Assembly (NCBI GenBank): GCA_963850935.1
Contig: CAWKNT010000007.1
Coordinates: forward strand, 153,172 to 217,171
Length of the DNA: 64,000 nucleotides
Reading direction: 5' to 3'
From: an uncultured Isosphaeraceae bacterium
Lineage (GTDB): Bacteria > Planctomycetota > Planctomycetia > Isosphaerales > Isosphaeraceae
Positions 1 to 9,439 of the stretch are shown here, piece by piece. Within the stretch, counting starts at the first letter, position 1. Each line of letters starts with the position of its first letter. A program made the translations under genes and the position numbers. The notes under the pieces are model-generated. The model was not told the DNA's origin. It made no database searches and was given only the letters and a program-made list of their open reading frames with translations.

Positions 1-18
1 GGCCGGCGGTAGCCAGAT

Positions 19-120
19 TCAATTCGCACCTGCATTGGCTTTCGCCCCGATCACGACGCCAAGCAGGATGCCGATGGTGACGACTGTCGCGAAGTAGCAA
101 AGATGGGTCACGGTTAGCAT
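19..120 (-). CDS. small hydrophobic membrane protein (33 aa, MLTVTHLCYFATVVTIGILLGVVIGAKANAGAN)
   Basis: Not in the ORF track (too short). ATG at 118-120 (complement) with AGGAG 7 nt upstream; single predicted TM helix; stop at 19-21. The window edge truncates the upstream context. Confidence 0.3.
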   Translation of the reverse strand: MLTVTHLCYFATVVTIGILLGVVIGAKANAGAN

Positions 121-474
121 GACTGCGCTCCTCTGGCTGGCATCACGCTTACCCCGTTCGGCACGTCTATGTATACGTCATGGTCATTATACCTGTTCAC
201 CGCTCCGGTAAAACTTGCAAAGGACCGCTCGCAGGGAGCTTTTGCCGGACGTCCGGTTCGCGTCGCATCCCTCCGCACGTCGCAAGACCGCCCGTGAACT
301 GGCTGCCAGGGCGCGAGGTCCCAGGCGTCAGATCTCATGGCCGCCCCTGTCCTCGAGCCCTCCCCCGCCAAGCCGTGAGAATGAAAACCTCGCGAAATAC
401 TCGCACAAAACACCGACGCGGGACGAACCAGTTGTAGCGAGGGTGATCGGCCTGGCGAACCCGGGGTCCATCCG

Positions 475-2028
475 ATGATCCTTCAGTTCGACACCGCCGA
501 CGAGGCGATTTACCACGAGCGGCTCGCCCATCCCGCCCTACTCGCTGCACGGGCGAGGTTCGAGGGGCCGCTTAACCTGCTCGTGCTCGGCGGCGGCGAC
601 GGCCTGCTCGTCCGCGAGCTGCTTCGGCATGAGGGAGTCGCGTCGGTCCGCGTGATCGACTACAACTCGGATGTCCTCGCCCTTGCGGGTACCGAGCTCG
701 CCCCCTGGAACGGGTCGAGCCTCGCCGATAACCGGGTCGTCGTGGAGGTGGCCGACGTCCGGAAGGCGGTCGCGAAGGCCGGCTCATTCCACGCGATCTT
801 CTCGGACCTTACCGCTCCCGGCACGCTGGCCGACTGCGGTCTGTTCACGCGCGAATGGTTCCAGGCACTCGGCGCGCACCTGGAACCCGGGGGCATCCTC
901 GCCGTCAACGGGCTCTCTCCGGACCAGACCCCGGCGGCGTACTGGTGCCTCTACCAGACCCTCCGCTCGGCCGGACTCGCCGCACTCCCGGGCCGGTCGC
1001 GCATCCCCAGCTTCGCCGAGCTGGGATATGGCGACTGGGGGTTCTTCCTCGGCTCGGACCGAGCCATCACATCCGTCGAGATTTGTTCGGTACCCCTTCC
1101 CCAGGGCGTGCGGACGCTCGACGGGTCAGGGCTCGTGGATTGCTTCGAGTTTCCCCGGCAACACGCCGACTCGCGGACGACGATCCGACCTGCATCTGAC
1201 GCGGGGCGGACGCTTCTTGAGTATCTGCTCGATGCGACCGCGATCGAGCCGGTAGAAGCCGGGGAGACGGCTTGCTTCCTCGGGTTCGACGACCCGTTCC
1301 CACCGCCTGAGTCGGCGACCGCGACCGTTCCGAGCCCGAAGCTAAAAGAGTGGCTCGATCGCCAGCCCGGGACCGGGATCGACGACCTCCTGATGTGCGT
1401 ACCGCTGAGTCACCGGATCGTCACCCGCGAACTTGTCATGGAGTGGGCGGAACACCTGATTCAGGTTGCAAGCAACCTGGATCTGCGCCGATTGGTCTCG
1501 GCTTTGCTCCGCCGCGCCGCTGCCTTACGCGGGCGGCTCATCGCCGAGCTGAAGCGGTTCCGCGCGATCCTGGCGCAAGGTGAGGATCCCGCGGCCAACC
1601 TCTCGACCTGGGGTTGGCGGTTCTTCAGCGTATTGATGCTCGTGCTCGTCCTCGCGCAGACGGCCATGCCCACGGCCGTGTACGCCAAGGGGTTCGGCCA
1701 CAGCCACGGCCACTATGTGCCTCCGCCCGTAGGTGGAACTTATTTCGGAGGAAGGGCGTATCCCCCAGGCTGGTCCGGTTCGCCATGGGGCTGGGGCCAC
1801 CCAATGATCCCGCAGCCGCGCTGGGGCGGCGGGTTCGTGCCTGGAGGAGGGCCTTTCGTGAACGGTCCGTACTACTATCCCTATATACTACTACTATCGC
1901 ATGCCGCAGTAGGAGGGATCGTACGATGTCCGGCGCGCTCGAACGGATCAAGGTTGGCGACGAGTACCGTGACGCCTGGGAGAGGGCGGTGCGTGAGAAC
2001 CCTGCATGCGGATTCATGCAATCGCTGA
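475..2028 (+). CDS. spermidine-synthase-like (polyamine aminopropyltransferase fold) domain protein with a C-terminal TM helix and a Gly/Pro/Trp/Tyr-rich tail
   Basis: ORF 475..2028. The motif DEAIYHERLAHP...LVLGGGDGLLVRELLRH matches the spermidine synthase catalytic core (DE..YHE, GGGDG). A TM segment WRFFSVLMLVLVLAQTAMP is followed by a GHSHGHYVPPPVGG...PWGWG low-complexity tail. The N-terminal tetramerization domain is not seen, so the true start is uncertain. The 3' end overlaps the next gene by about 100 nt in another frame. Confidence 0.5.
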   Translation: MILQFDTADEAIYHERLAHPALLAARARFEGPLNLLVLGGGDGLLVRELLRHEGVASVRVIDYNSDVLALAGTELAPWNGSSLADNRVVVEVADVRKAVAKAGSFHAIFSDLTAPGTLADCGLFTREWFQALGAHLEPGGILAVNGLSPDQTPAAYWCLYQTLRSAGLAALPGRSRIPSFAELGYGDWGFFLGSDRAITSVEICSVPLPQGVRTLDGSGLVDCFEFPRQHADSRTTIRPASDAGRTLLEYLLDATAIEPVEAGETACFLGFDDPFPPPESATATVPSPKLKEWLDRQPGTGIDDLLMCVPLSHRIVTRELVMEWAEHLIQVASNLDLRRLVSALLRRAAALRGRLIAELKRFRAILAQGEDPAANLSTWGWRFFSVLMLVLVLAQTAMPTAVYAKGFGHSHGHYVPPPVGGTYFGGRAYPPGWSGSPWGWGHPMIPQPRWGGGFVPGGGPFVNGPYYYPYILLLSHAAVGGIVRCPARSNGSRLATSTVTPGRGRCVRTLHADSCNR

Positions 2029-2984
2029 CGTGGGCCGAGCTCCAGGCGCGCCAGGGGGTCGAGGTCTATCCGCGGCTCTGGCTGCGCGACGGCCGGATCG
2101 AGGGCGGGGCGATCTTCCAGGCGGCCCGCTCGCTCGACGGGCCGGGCGTCCTGGTCACGCCCGGAGGGCCGCTCGTGCCCTGGCATGACCCGGTGCGCGC
2201 CGCCGTCCTCTTCGCCGCGATCCGGCGCGAGGCGTGCCGGATGCGTCGGCGGACGGAGAGCATCCTCTGGCGGATCGAGCCCCGTCTCGCTCCTCCACAG
2301 CCGCCTTATCTGCGTGGATTCGTCCGCGCACCCGTCGATTTCGATCCGTTCGAGACGAACGAAGTGGACCTCTCGGGTGGGATGGCCGCCGTCCTCGTCC
2401 GGATGACGTCAAAAGGCCGGTACAATGTCGGGCTCGCGAGGCGGCACGGGGTCGAAATCGAGGTAACGACCGACCCGGCCTCCGCTGCGCGGTTCCATCC
2501 GCTGCTCGTCGAGACCGCTGCTCGTCAGGGCTTCGCCGCAGAGCCGCTCTGCTACCTGATGGACCTGGCGGCGATCCTTTTCCCCGCCCGGATGGCCGCG
2601 GCCTTCTTCGCGACGTACCGGGGCGAGACTCTGGCCGCTGCCATAGTGGTCTTCTTCGGCCCCCGCGCCACGTACCTTTACGGCGCCAGCCGCCGGGAAC
2701 ACCGCGAAGTGATGGCGCCCTCCGCCCTTCAGGCCGGCATCATGGCCGAGGCGATCGAGCGCGGCTGCGCCGCGTACGACCTTTACGGGAACGACGTCCA
2801 GGGCGACCAGACCGACCACTCGTACCGCCGGCTCTCGCAGTTCAAGCGTCGATTCGGAGGGGCCAACCGCGTCTACGTCGGCGCACACGACCTGTACGGC
2901 TACGACCGGATCGCCGATGCGATGCTCCGCTTCCTGCCGCACCTGCCAGTCGAGGAGGAACCCGCCTGTCGGCTCGCTCGGTGA
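1926..2984 (+). CDS. FemAB-family (GNAT-fold) peptidoglycan interpeptide-bridge aminoacyltransferase-like protein
   Basis: Internal ATG at 1926 of ORF 1614..2984 is preceded by GGAGG at -13..-9. The 352-aa product has a FemAB-like architecture (two GNAT-like halves). The call is from remembered family features, not a search. Confidence 0.45.
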   Translation: MSGALERIKVGDEYRDAWERAVRENPACGFMQSLTWAELQARQGVEVYPRLWLRDGRIEGGAIFQAARSLDGPGVLVTPGGPLVPWHDPVRAAVLFAAIRREACRMRRRTESILWRIEPRLAPPQPPYLRGFVRAPVDFDPFETNEVDLSGGMAAVLVRMTSKGRYNVGLARRHGVEIEVTTDPASAARFHPLLVETAARQGFAAEPLCYLMDLAAILFPARMAAAFFATYRGETLAAAIVVFFGPRATYLYGASRREHREVMAPSALQAGIMAEAIERGCAAYDLYGNDVQGDQTDHSYRRLSQFKRRFGGANRVYVGAHDLYGYDRIADAMLRFLPHLPVEEEPACRLAR

Positions 2985-3066
2985 TCGTGCACACGACCTT
3001 CGTTGCCGCTGGCCTGATGGTCGCCTGGAGCATATCCTGACCGCAAGAAGAAAGGTCTGATCATCA

Positions 3067-3306
3067 ATGATCGGTCAACACTTGCTCGCCGACCTTTGCG
3101 ACGTTGCCTCCGACCGGCTGGCCGATGCCGGGCTGCTGTCCGTTTGTCTCGACGATGCGGCGCGACGGGGTGGGATGAAGCCGATCGGCCGTCCGGTGCT
3201 GCACCGGTTCGAGGATCAGGGGATTGGCTTCAACAGCGTGACTGAAGGCATTGACACGACCACGCCGGGCGGCAAGGTGAACGGACGGCCAACGCCCGAA
3301 GCGTGA
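3067..3306 (+). pseudogene. serine recombinase (resolvase/invertase) internal fragment
   Basis: ORF 3067..3306 contains ...HRFEDQGIGFNSVTEGIDTTTPGGK..., matching the conserved resolvase catalytic-domain segment (E-rG-v-f-sltE-iDTttp-Gr). There is no N-terminal S-recombinase motif and no C-terminal HTH. Confidence 0.4.
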
Positions 3307-3358
3307 ACGCTTGACGACCATCGAAGAGGGGCGTCTATAACTATTGGATGTTTAAAGT

Positions 3359-3610
3359 GTGAACATCGCCGTCGCATTGACGAAATTCGAGACGTCCAGC
3401 AACAACTTACATCAAATTGCCCGTGTAAAGCCGCGACTAGAGATACTTGTGCTGGATAACACGCGGATCGGTGACCCAGGTTTGGTCGGCCTCGAGCGGT
3501 TGGGCAAACTCCGCGAACTCTCCCTTTGGGGGACCATGGTCAGCGATCGGGGAGAAGGTTGCGGATTCGTTCTTCGTGCTCCAGTTTCCACCGGGAACTG
3601 TCGTAAATGA
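3359..3610 (+). CDS. leucine-rich-repeat (LRR) protein fragment, possibly the N-terminal part of a frameshifted LRR-TlpA fusion
   Basis: GTG-initiated ORF; LEILVLDNTRIGDPGLVGLERLGKLRELSLWGT is LRR-like. It runs into the TlpA ORF in another frame. Confidence 0.3.
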   Translation: MNIAVALTKFETSSNNLHQIARVKPRLEILVLDNTRIGDPGLVGLERLGKLRELSLWGTMVSDRGEGCGFVLRAPVSTGNCRK

Positions 3611-4124
3611 TCAGGTGAAGGGACGGGTCGACAGAATCCCATCGCCGGACGATCAGCCTAGCCGGCGCTCATTGGACGCCCTTATCGGGAAACCCGCGCC
3701 TGAGTTCCCGGAGGGGGCGGCCTGGCTCAACAGCAACCCTCTGACCTGGAACTCGCTCCGCGGCAAGGTCGTCATCCTCGACTTCTGGGCCGAGTGGTGC
3801 GGGCCCTGTCGCAACGACTTGCCCCGGCTAAGCCGCCTCCACGAGGCCCGCGGTTCGAACGGCGTGACCGTCGTCGGCATCCACCCGCCGGGCAGCACGC
3901 CCGAGGCCATTGGGAAGGTCATGGAAGAGTTCCACCTTGGCTACCCGGTCTGTGTCGACATCCCAGACGGGGAGGAGGCGCGGGGCGGGGCCCAGCTCTT
4001 CCGACGGTTCGCCGTTGACCTCATCCCGCACGCCGTTGCTGTTGATGGCCGGGGCATCGTCATCGCCTCCGGACGGCTCGAAGACGTCCTCGCCAAGGCG
4101 TCCGCCCTGGTCAAACCCCGGTAG
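3447..4124 (+). CDS. TlpA/ResA-family thiol-disulfide oxidoreductase (thioredoxin fold)
   Basis: The WCGPC active-site motif sits in ...KVVILDFWAEWCGPCRNDLPRL..., typical of TlpA-like periplasmic thioredoxins. The first ~70 aa of the ORF have no signal peptide and look like out-of-frame sequence, so the real start or fusion partner is uncertain. Confidence 0.65.
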   Translation: MCWITRGSVTQVWSASSGWANSANSPFGGPWSAIGEKVADSFFVLQFPPGTVVNDQVKGRVDRIPSPDDQPSRRSLDALIGKPAPEFPEGAAWLNSNPLTWNSLRGKVVILDFWAEWCGPCRNDLPRLSRLHEARGSNGVTVVGIHPPGSTPEAIGKVMEEFHLGYPVCVDIPDGEEARGGAQLFRRFAVDLIPHAVAVDGRGIVIASGRLEDVLAKASALVKPR

Positions 4125-4261
4125 TGAAGCCGATTTGGGATCGCTGGGTCGATCGCTGCCCCGAATAGTGGCACGGCTGAACAATAGTTGACCCGGACGG
4201 GCGGGCTCGGAAGGATGCCGGAATCAGTAACGGGCGGGTCAAAAGGAAGATCAACGAAGCG

Positions 4262-4690
4262 ATGCGAGTCCTGAAAGTCGCGGCGATTCTGTCGATGTGC
4301 TGGCTTCAGTCGGCGTGCGGCCCCAGTGTTACCGCCGTACTCGACTCCGCCGAGGTCGCCGTCCAGCCTGTGATCGATGCCCTGCGAGCCTATCGGTCGC
4401 GCCACGATGGCTACCCGGCCGCCCTCGATGAATTGGTCCGCGACGGCTTGCTTCCCCAGTTGCCGGCTCAGGTTGCCGAAGGGCTCAAGTATGAAGTATC
4501 GGGCAAGCGCGACGTGTTCCTCCTCGCGATCTCCCAGCACGATCATTCCTTCCAGGTGGGTCCGGGGGATACCTTCTACCGCTGCTACTTCTCCGATGTC
4601 GGCCGATGGCAGTCGCTGGTTGGTTATCCCGGTCTAACGCGGCACTTGAAAGATCCGAAGTATCCGAGCGATTCGGAGATGGAACGGTGA
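4262..4690 (+). CDS. hypothetical lipoprotein
   Basis: ORF 4262..4690 begins with a signal peptide and a lipobox-like LQSAC motif. No recognizable domain. Confidence 0.35.
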   Translation: MRVLKVAAILSMCWLQSACGPSVTAVLDSAEVAVQPVIDALRAYRSRHDGYPAALDELVRDGLLPQLPAQVAEGLKYEVSGKRDVFLLAISQHDHSFQVGPGDTFYRCYFSDVGRWQSLVGYPGLTRHLKDPKYPSDSEMER

Positions 4691-4867
4691 GACACCATCG
4701 GCCTGGCTCCGCCATGGCCAGAGTGAATTACTTCGTGCGCATACGGTGACCCAAAGGTCACCCTTTCCAGTCCCGGCGACGATCCGGTCACGCCGAGCTC
4801 GAGGATCTGACACCCCCGTTTAGCGCCTATCCGCATGCCCACCTCTGCTCGGTGGTAAATCAAACGA

Positions 4868-5000
4868 GGGTTTTCTTTACAGCGCCGGTTGCTTAACGAC
4901 TTCATCTCAAAAAACCCACTCCGACGGGTTTCTTTACTCCAGGGGCTAGCCAGTGGAGGATGATCATCGGCTATGCGAGGGTTTCGACGACAGAGCAAAA
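4868..5000 (+). repeat. ~130-bp repeat copy A carrying a serine-recombinase N-terminal remnant (MIIGYARVSTTEQ)
   Basis: The stretch ...cttcatctcaaaaaacccactccgacgggtttctttactcc...atgatcatcggctatgcgagggtttcgacgacagagca is about 80% identical to 9160-9310. It encodes the canonical resolvase N-terminus GYARVSTxEQ, after which the ORF diverges immediately. Confidence 0.55.
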
Positions 5001-5136
5001 ATTCGGGTTGCGGCATGATGACCTGAAGCCGAAATTCGACGCTTCGGTCGATTACACAGAAGTACGCTACAGCCTCCGTGTCGAGGCCGGCTCCGGCCAG
5101 CGGGTCTCCGGTCAGATTCCCGGACCGCGGCCCGAT

Positions 5137-7527
5137 TCAGGGCGATTCGGGGGTGAGCTGGTCCGACAGCACCTGCAACTGCTTGCGCTCGTCCTCCGTG
5201 AACCGGATGTACTGCGTATTGTTCCCTTGGGCGTCGACCCGGACGAAGCCGTAGACAACGCGGATCCGGCGCTCGCCTGCGATCGGGACGCCCGGTTCGG
5301 CGAGGAGCCGGTCCACGAACTCGCAGACGCTGCCGACGCGTTTCTGGCCGACCATCCAGAAGACGTCACCCTCGGCGATCTCGCCGATCTTCAGACGACC
5401 GGGATTTGGACCCGGATCCACGATCAACGCCCCGCGATCGTTGCGAAGATCGTAGGCGGATTTCAGATCTGGCGTCACGTCCGCGAGCTGCATACCGAGC
5501 ACCGAGTAAGACTTGATACCGCCTGGCACCACGATGGGCTTCAGCCGGACAACCATGTCGATCTTGTCGCCGCTGAGGGCGATCGGCACCTCGGTCTTCT
5601 GATTGATCGCCAGGTTGCGGGGCGCAACAAGGTCAGGTCTCCGCTCAGGCCGCGCAGGGCGAACTTGCCGTTGGCGTCGGTCAGGGTCGCCTTTTCATGG
5701 CCCCGGTCCTCGCGGCCGACCATGACCGTCGCGTGGGGGACCGGTCTCCCGGTCCGACCGATCACGGTGCCCGTCACCTTGTAGCCCGTCCGGAGGACGA
5801 TCCGCACCGACTCGCGATCCTTAGGGGCGAGCGCGTAGACGTCGTCGAGCCGCCTATCGATGTAATCGGGATGGGAGAAGAAGACGAGTCCCCGGCCGGC
5901 CCCCTCCCCGAGGTCGGGGAGCTTCTCGGGATAGCAGAAGAGTTCGAACAACCCGTCCGGATTGGTGGCGGTTCGCTCGATCCCCCCTGAACTGCGGGCG
6001 TAGGACGCTTGGGCAGAAATGTTCACCCCCGAGATCGGCTTCCCCTGCTCATCGACGGCGGTGCCGCGGAAATAGAGCGAGGGCTCGAGCGTCAAAGACG
6101 CTTCAGCTTCCGTGGCCGGCGTGACTTCGACCTCCTTCGGATCGCCGCCGGACATCAGGGTCCCCACCAGCCGGCGATAGCCGGGCTTCATCGCATCGAG
6201 CGAGATCTTCGCGGGCCCGGTGACCCCGGGAATCTCCACTCGGTAGGCGCCGCCGGCATCGGTCCGCGTCTCGACCAGCTTGTGAGGGACGTCAGCACCC
6301 TGCACAAGCTCGCGGCTGACGTCGACGAACCGCATGTCAGTGGCGGGGATGGCCACGCGCACGCGGACGTCGGCCAGGGGGCCTCCCGCCTTGTTGGTCA
6401 CGCATCCTCGGAGCACCGCGGTCCGGGGCCTCGCGGATGGCGGGTCTTCGGGAGGCGTAGGCTTCGTGGGTTCCGGATCGGCGGCGAAGGCGATGGCCAG
6501 TGGAAAAATGACCAACCCGGCGACGAGCATGCCACTCAGGGTGCTCAGTCGCGTCGCCTGACACTGGGCCAGCATGTGAATTCTCCTGAACATTGAGCCG
6601 GTGGAATCAATCGCCGTCGGCAAGGGGACGGCGGTACGAGGTCGCTCGGCGAGGAATTCAATGGTGTCGACCAGTGCGGCGGCATACGTCCGCGGTTGAT
6701 TCGGGACAAGTTCGAGGACGCGGCCGTCGCAGCACTGTTCCTCGAGCTCGTGCAACTGCAAGCTCGCCCACCAGGCGACAGGGTGCCACCAAAAGATCGT
6801 TGTCGCAGCAAGCTCGAGGAGCCGGACGAGGTGATCGCCGCGCCGGATATGGATGAGTTCGTGGGCGAGAATAACCTCCTGGGCTTCGCGGCTCAGGCGG
6901 GCGAACAGCCCCGAAGGCAAGATTACTCGCCGGGAGAACCCGATCGACCAGACCAGAGGCGGTAGATGACGGGACGTCATCCGTACGTCGGGCGCGCCTT
7001 AGGCCCAGGCGGATCGAGAACTGGTCGGCCATCGCGCGGATGTCCGGCGGTGCCGCCCCGCACTCACGGATGAGGCCCACGAATCGGCGAATACGAACGG
7101 CGTAGCCCGCGGCCGTGCAGAAGATACCACAAATCCAGACCGCGGCGAGGACGGTGGAAAGCGACCAGGGCCCGTGGCCGTTTGTCTCCGCGGGCCGATT
7201 CCGGAGGACGCCTGGCCGGCCGTCCACGACGATCGTGCCGCGGGGATCCGTCATGGCCGCGGCCATTGGTGGCGTCGCGTTCAGTTGATATGGCAGCTCC
7301 AGTGCTCCCTTCCGCAAAGCAGATTGGGCCGGAGATGGCGGGAAGGCGAAGGCGGCCGGAAGCTCCGCGATGACTAGCGGCGGCGTGAAGAGTTTGAGCA
7401 GGACGACGACCCAGACGGCATGAAGCGCTGCGGGATGCTTCCAGATACGGCCCAGCAGGCCGGCGCCGATCGCCAGGAGCGCAGCGACGACGGCATTACT
7501 GGCGATGATTCCCCAAAAAGCGTGCAT
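5137..7527 (-). CDS. blaR1: BlaR1-like M56 peptidase sensor (TM region + HExxH M56 domain + CarbopepD_reg-like domain + PDZ), disrupted by two apparent frameshifts
   Basis: Three consecutive minus-strand ORFs make one gene. ORF 6658..7779 (true ATG at 7527 with GGGAGG upstream) holds the TM helices and RIRRFVGLIRE. ORF 5541..6980 holds PPLVWSIGFSRRVILPSGL...ILAHELIHIRRGDH (M56 zinc motif) and carboxypeptidase-regulatory-like repeats. ORF 5137..5589 is a PDZ domain. The frame changes near 6975 and 5585. Confidence 0.7.
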
Positions 7528-7558
7528 GGCAGCCTCCCGCATAAAGGGTGATCGATGG

Positions 7559-7945
7559 TCACCGGTCCGTCGGCCAGATCTCGTCGATGAGCCTGCGTAG
7601 CTCCTCGCCGTGCTTCTTCGAAAGTCCCTTCTTCGATCGGAGCAGCGTCGTGACCAGCGGCACGATGGCGCCGCCGCAGAGCCGATCGGCCAATCCCTGG
7701 AGGCGATGGCGCAGAAAATCTTCCCGACTGACCAGCGCCCGGAAGCGATGGGCCCGCTCGCGGCGATCGCGGTCCACACAGCCCTTGGCTTCCAGCCGCT
7801 CGAGCAGCTTCTGCACCGACGCCATTTTGGAGTCGGTGACCTTTTCGTAGATGACCGCCGCGATGTCGCGGCTGGTCGGAGCCCCCTGCTCCCAGATGAC
7901 CTCCAGGATCGAGAGTTCCCCCTCGGTCACCGGCTCGATCTTCAT
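7559..7945 (-). CDS. blaI: BlaI/MecI/CopY-family transcriptional repressor
   Basis: MKIEPVTEGELSILEVIWEQGAPTSRDIAAVIYEK...; winged-helix penicillinase-repressor family. ATG at 7945. Stop is 31 nt upstream of the blaR1-like start, the classic blaI-blaR1 arrangement. Confidence 0.85.
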   Translation of the reverse strand: MKIEPVTEGELSILEVIWEQGAPTSRDIAAVIYEKVTDSKMASVQKLLERLEAKGCVDRDRRERAHRFRALVSREDFLRHRLQGLADRLCGGAIVPLVTTLLRSKKGLSKKHGEELRRLIDEIWPTDR

Positions 7946-7974
7946 CGGACGGCCCTTTCCCAATTTCAATACCA

Positions 7975-8000
7975 AGACAGACAGACTGTCTATATTATAT
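7975..8000 (-). promoter_or_regulatory. putative blaI operator/promoter: palindrome AGACAG-A-CTGTCT abutting a TATAAT -10 (minus strand)
   Basis: Perfect inverted repeat at 7979-7991, 35-45 nt upstream of the blaI ATG. TATAAT (complement of 7994-7999) lies immediately upstream. Autoregulated BlaI operators are palindromes overlapping the promoter. Confidence 0.4.
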
Positions 8001-8526
8001 CGGTGGGCTGGTGACTGTCAACGGCACGCTTGCTCGAGAGTCGACGGGCCGGCCCGCAGAGGAACCGGCCTGCCGGTGGAGCAACCCGACGATCAGCCGC
8101 GCCTGTCATTGAGGTGGAGGCGGGCGGCATTATGCCCGGTTTCTTTGCTCGCGTCTCCGTCATCGGTGGCGAATCGATTTCGTTGCGTGCTTTCGCGGTC
8201 ATCAATCAAACGGCCGTCTGCTTTACGAAAGTTCGTCGTCGGTGCCAAGGCGGCTCTCCTTGCCTTTCGAGTGAAAGAAACTCGGTAAAGAAATCAAAGT
8301 AAGAATTCTGTTCGCAAGGACGGTTTTTTTTCACTCTGTAAATAAGGATGTGGGGAAGCGAGGAACGGTCCAGGTGGTCGTCTTTTGTGACTGCTGGGAC
8401 TCGACGTCGTTCGAGGAGGAACATCAAGAAGACCTGAGGGCCCACGAACGGAACGGACTACGATTACTGTTCGTGCTTGTCGGTGCTACCGATAAGAGAG
8501 TTGTTTTGCTTCCGGTCGAGCCCGGC

Positions 8527-8925
8527 TTATCGATTCAACGGATGAAGGTCTTTGCCGACTGGTCGAACCAGACCAATCTTGCCGCCAAACCGAGACACGT
8601 TGCAATTTTCACATCCGCCTGCGTCAGTCCCGCAAGTAGGGAATGACTGACTGGGCGCCGGCAGTTCTAACTCGTCGACATAGCACCACGCCCAGCGCTC
8701 ACCTGGCTCGAACGATGCAATCAACGGGTGGCCCTCGTGATGGAAATGCTTCGTTGCGTGGCGGCCGGGCGAGCTATCGCAGCAGCCCACGTGGCCGCAC
8801 GTCAGGCACAAGCGCAGATGGAGCCATCGCGCGCCCTTCTTTATGCATTCTTCGCACCCCGCGGTCTGCGGCGGCACGGGCTCGATACCGTTCAAGTGTT
8901 CGCAGCTCAAAGTCGAACTCTCCAT
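8527..8925 (-). CDS. UBP-type zinc-finger (zf-UBP) domain protein
   Basis: CEHL...CEECIKKGARWLHLRLCLTCGHVGCCDSSPGRHATKHFHHEGHPLIASFEPGERWAWCYVDE matches the zf-UBP Cys/His ligand pattern. Confidence 0.55.
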   Translation of the reverse strand: MESSTLSCEHLNGIEPVPPQTAGCEECIKKGARWLHLRLCLTCGHVGCCDSSPGRHATKHFHHEGHPLIASFEPGERWAWCYVDELELPAPSQSFPTCGTDAGGCENCNVSRFGGKIGLVRPVGKDLHPLNR

Positions 8926-9159
8926 GATGATTGCGAGTTCGAAGTCGCCTCGGTTGAGCTTACGCCGAAGGTCGGCAAGACGCCAGCCGGGTTCGACACT
9001 AATACGTAAGCTGGGGGCTTCGGGATCCTGCGGGACTTTTCCGCAAATCGTCCGCCAGGTAATTTAGCCCAAGATGAGCGCTCTCGTCTGGTACGCGCGG
9101 GGACGGCGCCGCCAACGCCCAGTAGTCGCTACAGAGTCACCCAATGTCTTTGCGCGATA

Positions 9160-9430
9160 ATTTGTCTACTGCTCCGGTGGTTTAGCTGCTTCATTGCAAA
9201 AAGCCCAATCCCAAACATTCCGACGGGTTTCTTTACTTTCGCAGCGAGGGGGGGGGTGGAAAGCCGCGGATCGGGTATGCGCGGGTTTCAACGACAGAGC
9301 AGAATATTGATTTACAGCGTGATGCCCTGAAGCGGACCGGGTGCAAGAAGATCGTCGAGGAGACGGTCAGTGGCGACAAGGTGCCACGACTCCGAACCGA
9401 ACGGTTGGTCTTCATCGTCGCCGGACCCGC
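9160..9430 (+). pseudogene. repeat copy B plus serine-recombinase N-terminal fragment (~55 aa: IGYARVSTTEQNIDLQRDALKRTGCKKIVEETVSGDK...)
   Basis: Same upstream repeat as copy A (ccgacgggtttctttact). Reading frame +1 from 9268 gives a near-consensus resolvase N-terminus, then the sequence degenerates. Confidence 0.55.
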
Positions 9431-9439
9431 CCGCCTGGC

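Noticed and set aside
671-2412. Overlapping ORFs in alternative frames (671..1255, 855..1199, 1625..2017, 2155..2412, 2234..3040, 2409..2942 and others)
   Set aside because: They overlap the spermidine-synthase-like and FemAB-like genes in other frames or strands. Low-complexity R/P/G/A-rich products typical of GC-rich shadow ORFs.
6009-6596. 195-aa plus-strand ORF
   Set aside because: Antisense to the BlaR1-like gene's CarbopepD_reg region.
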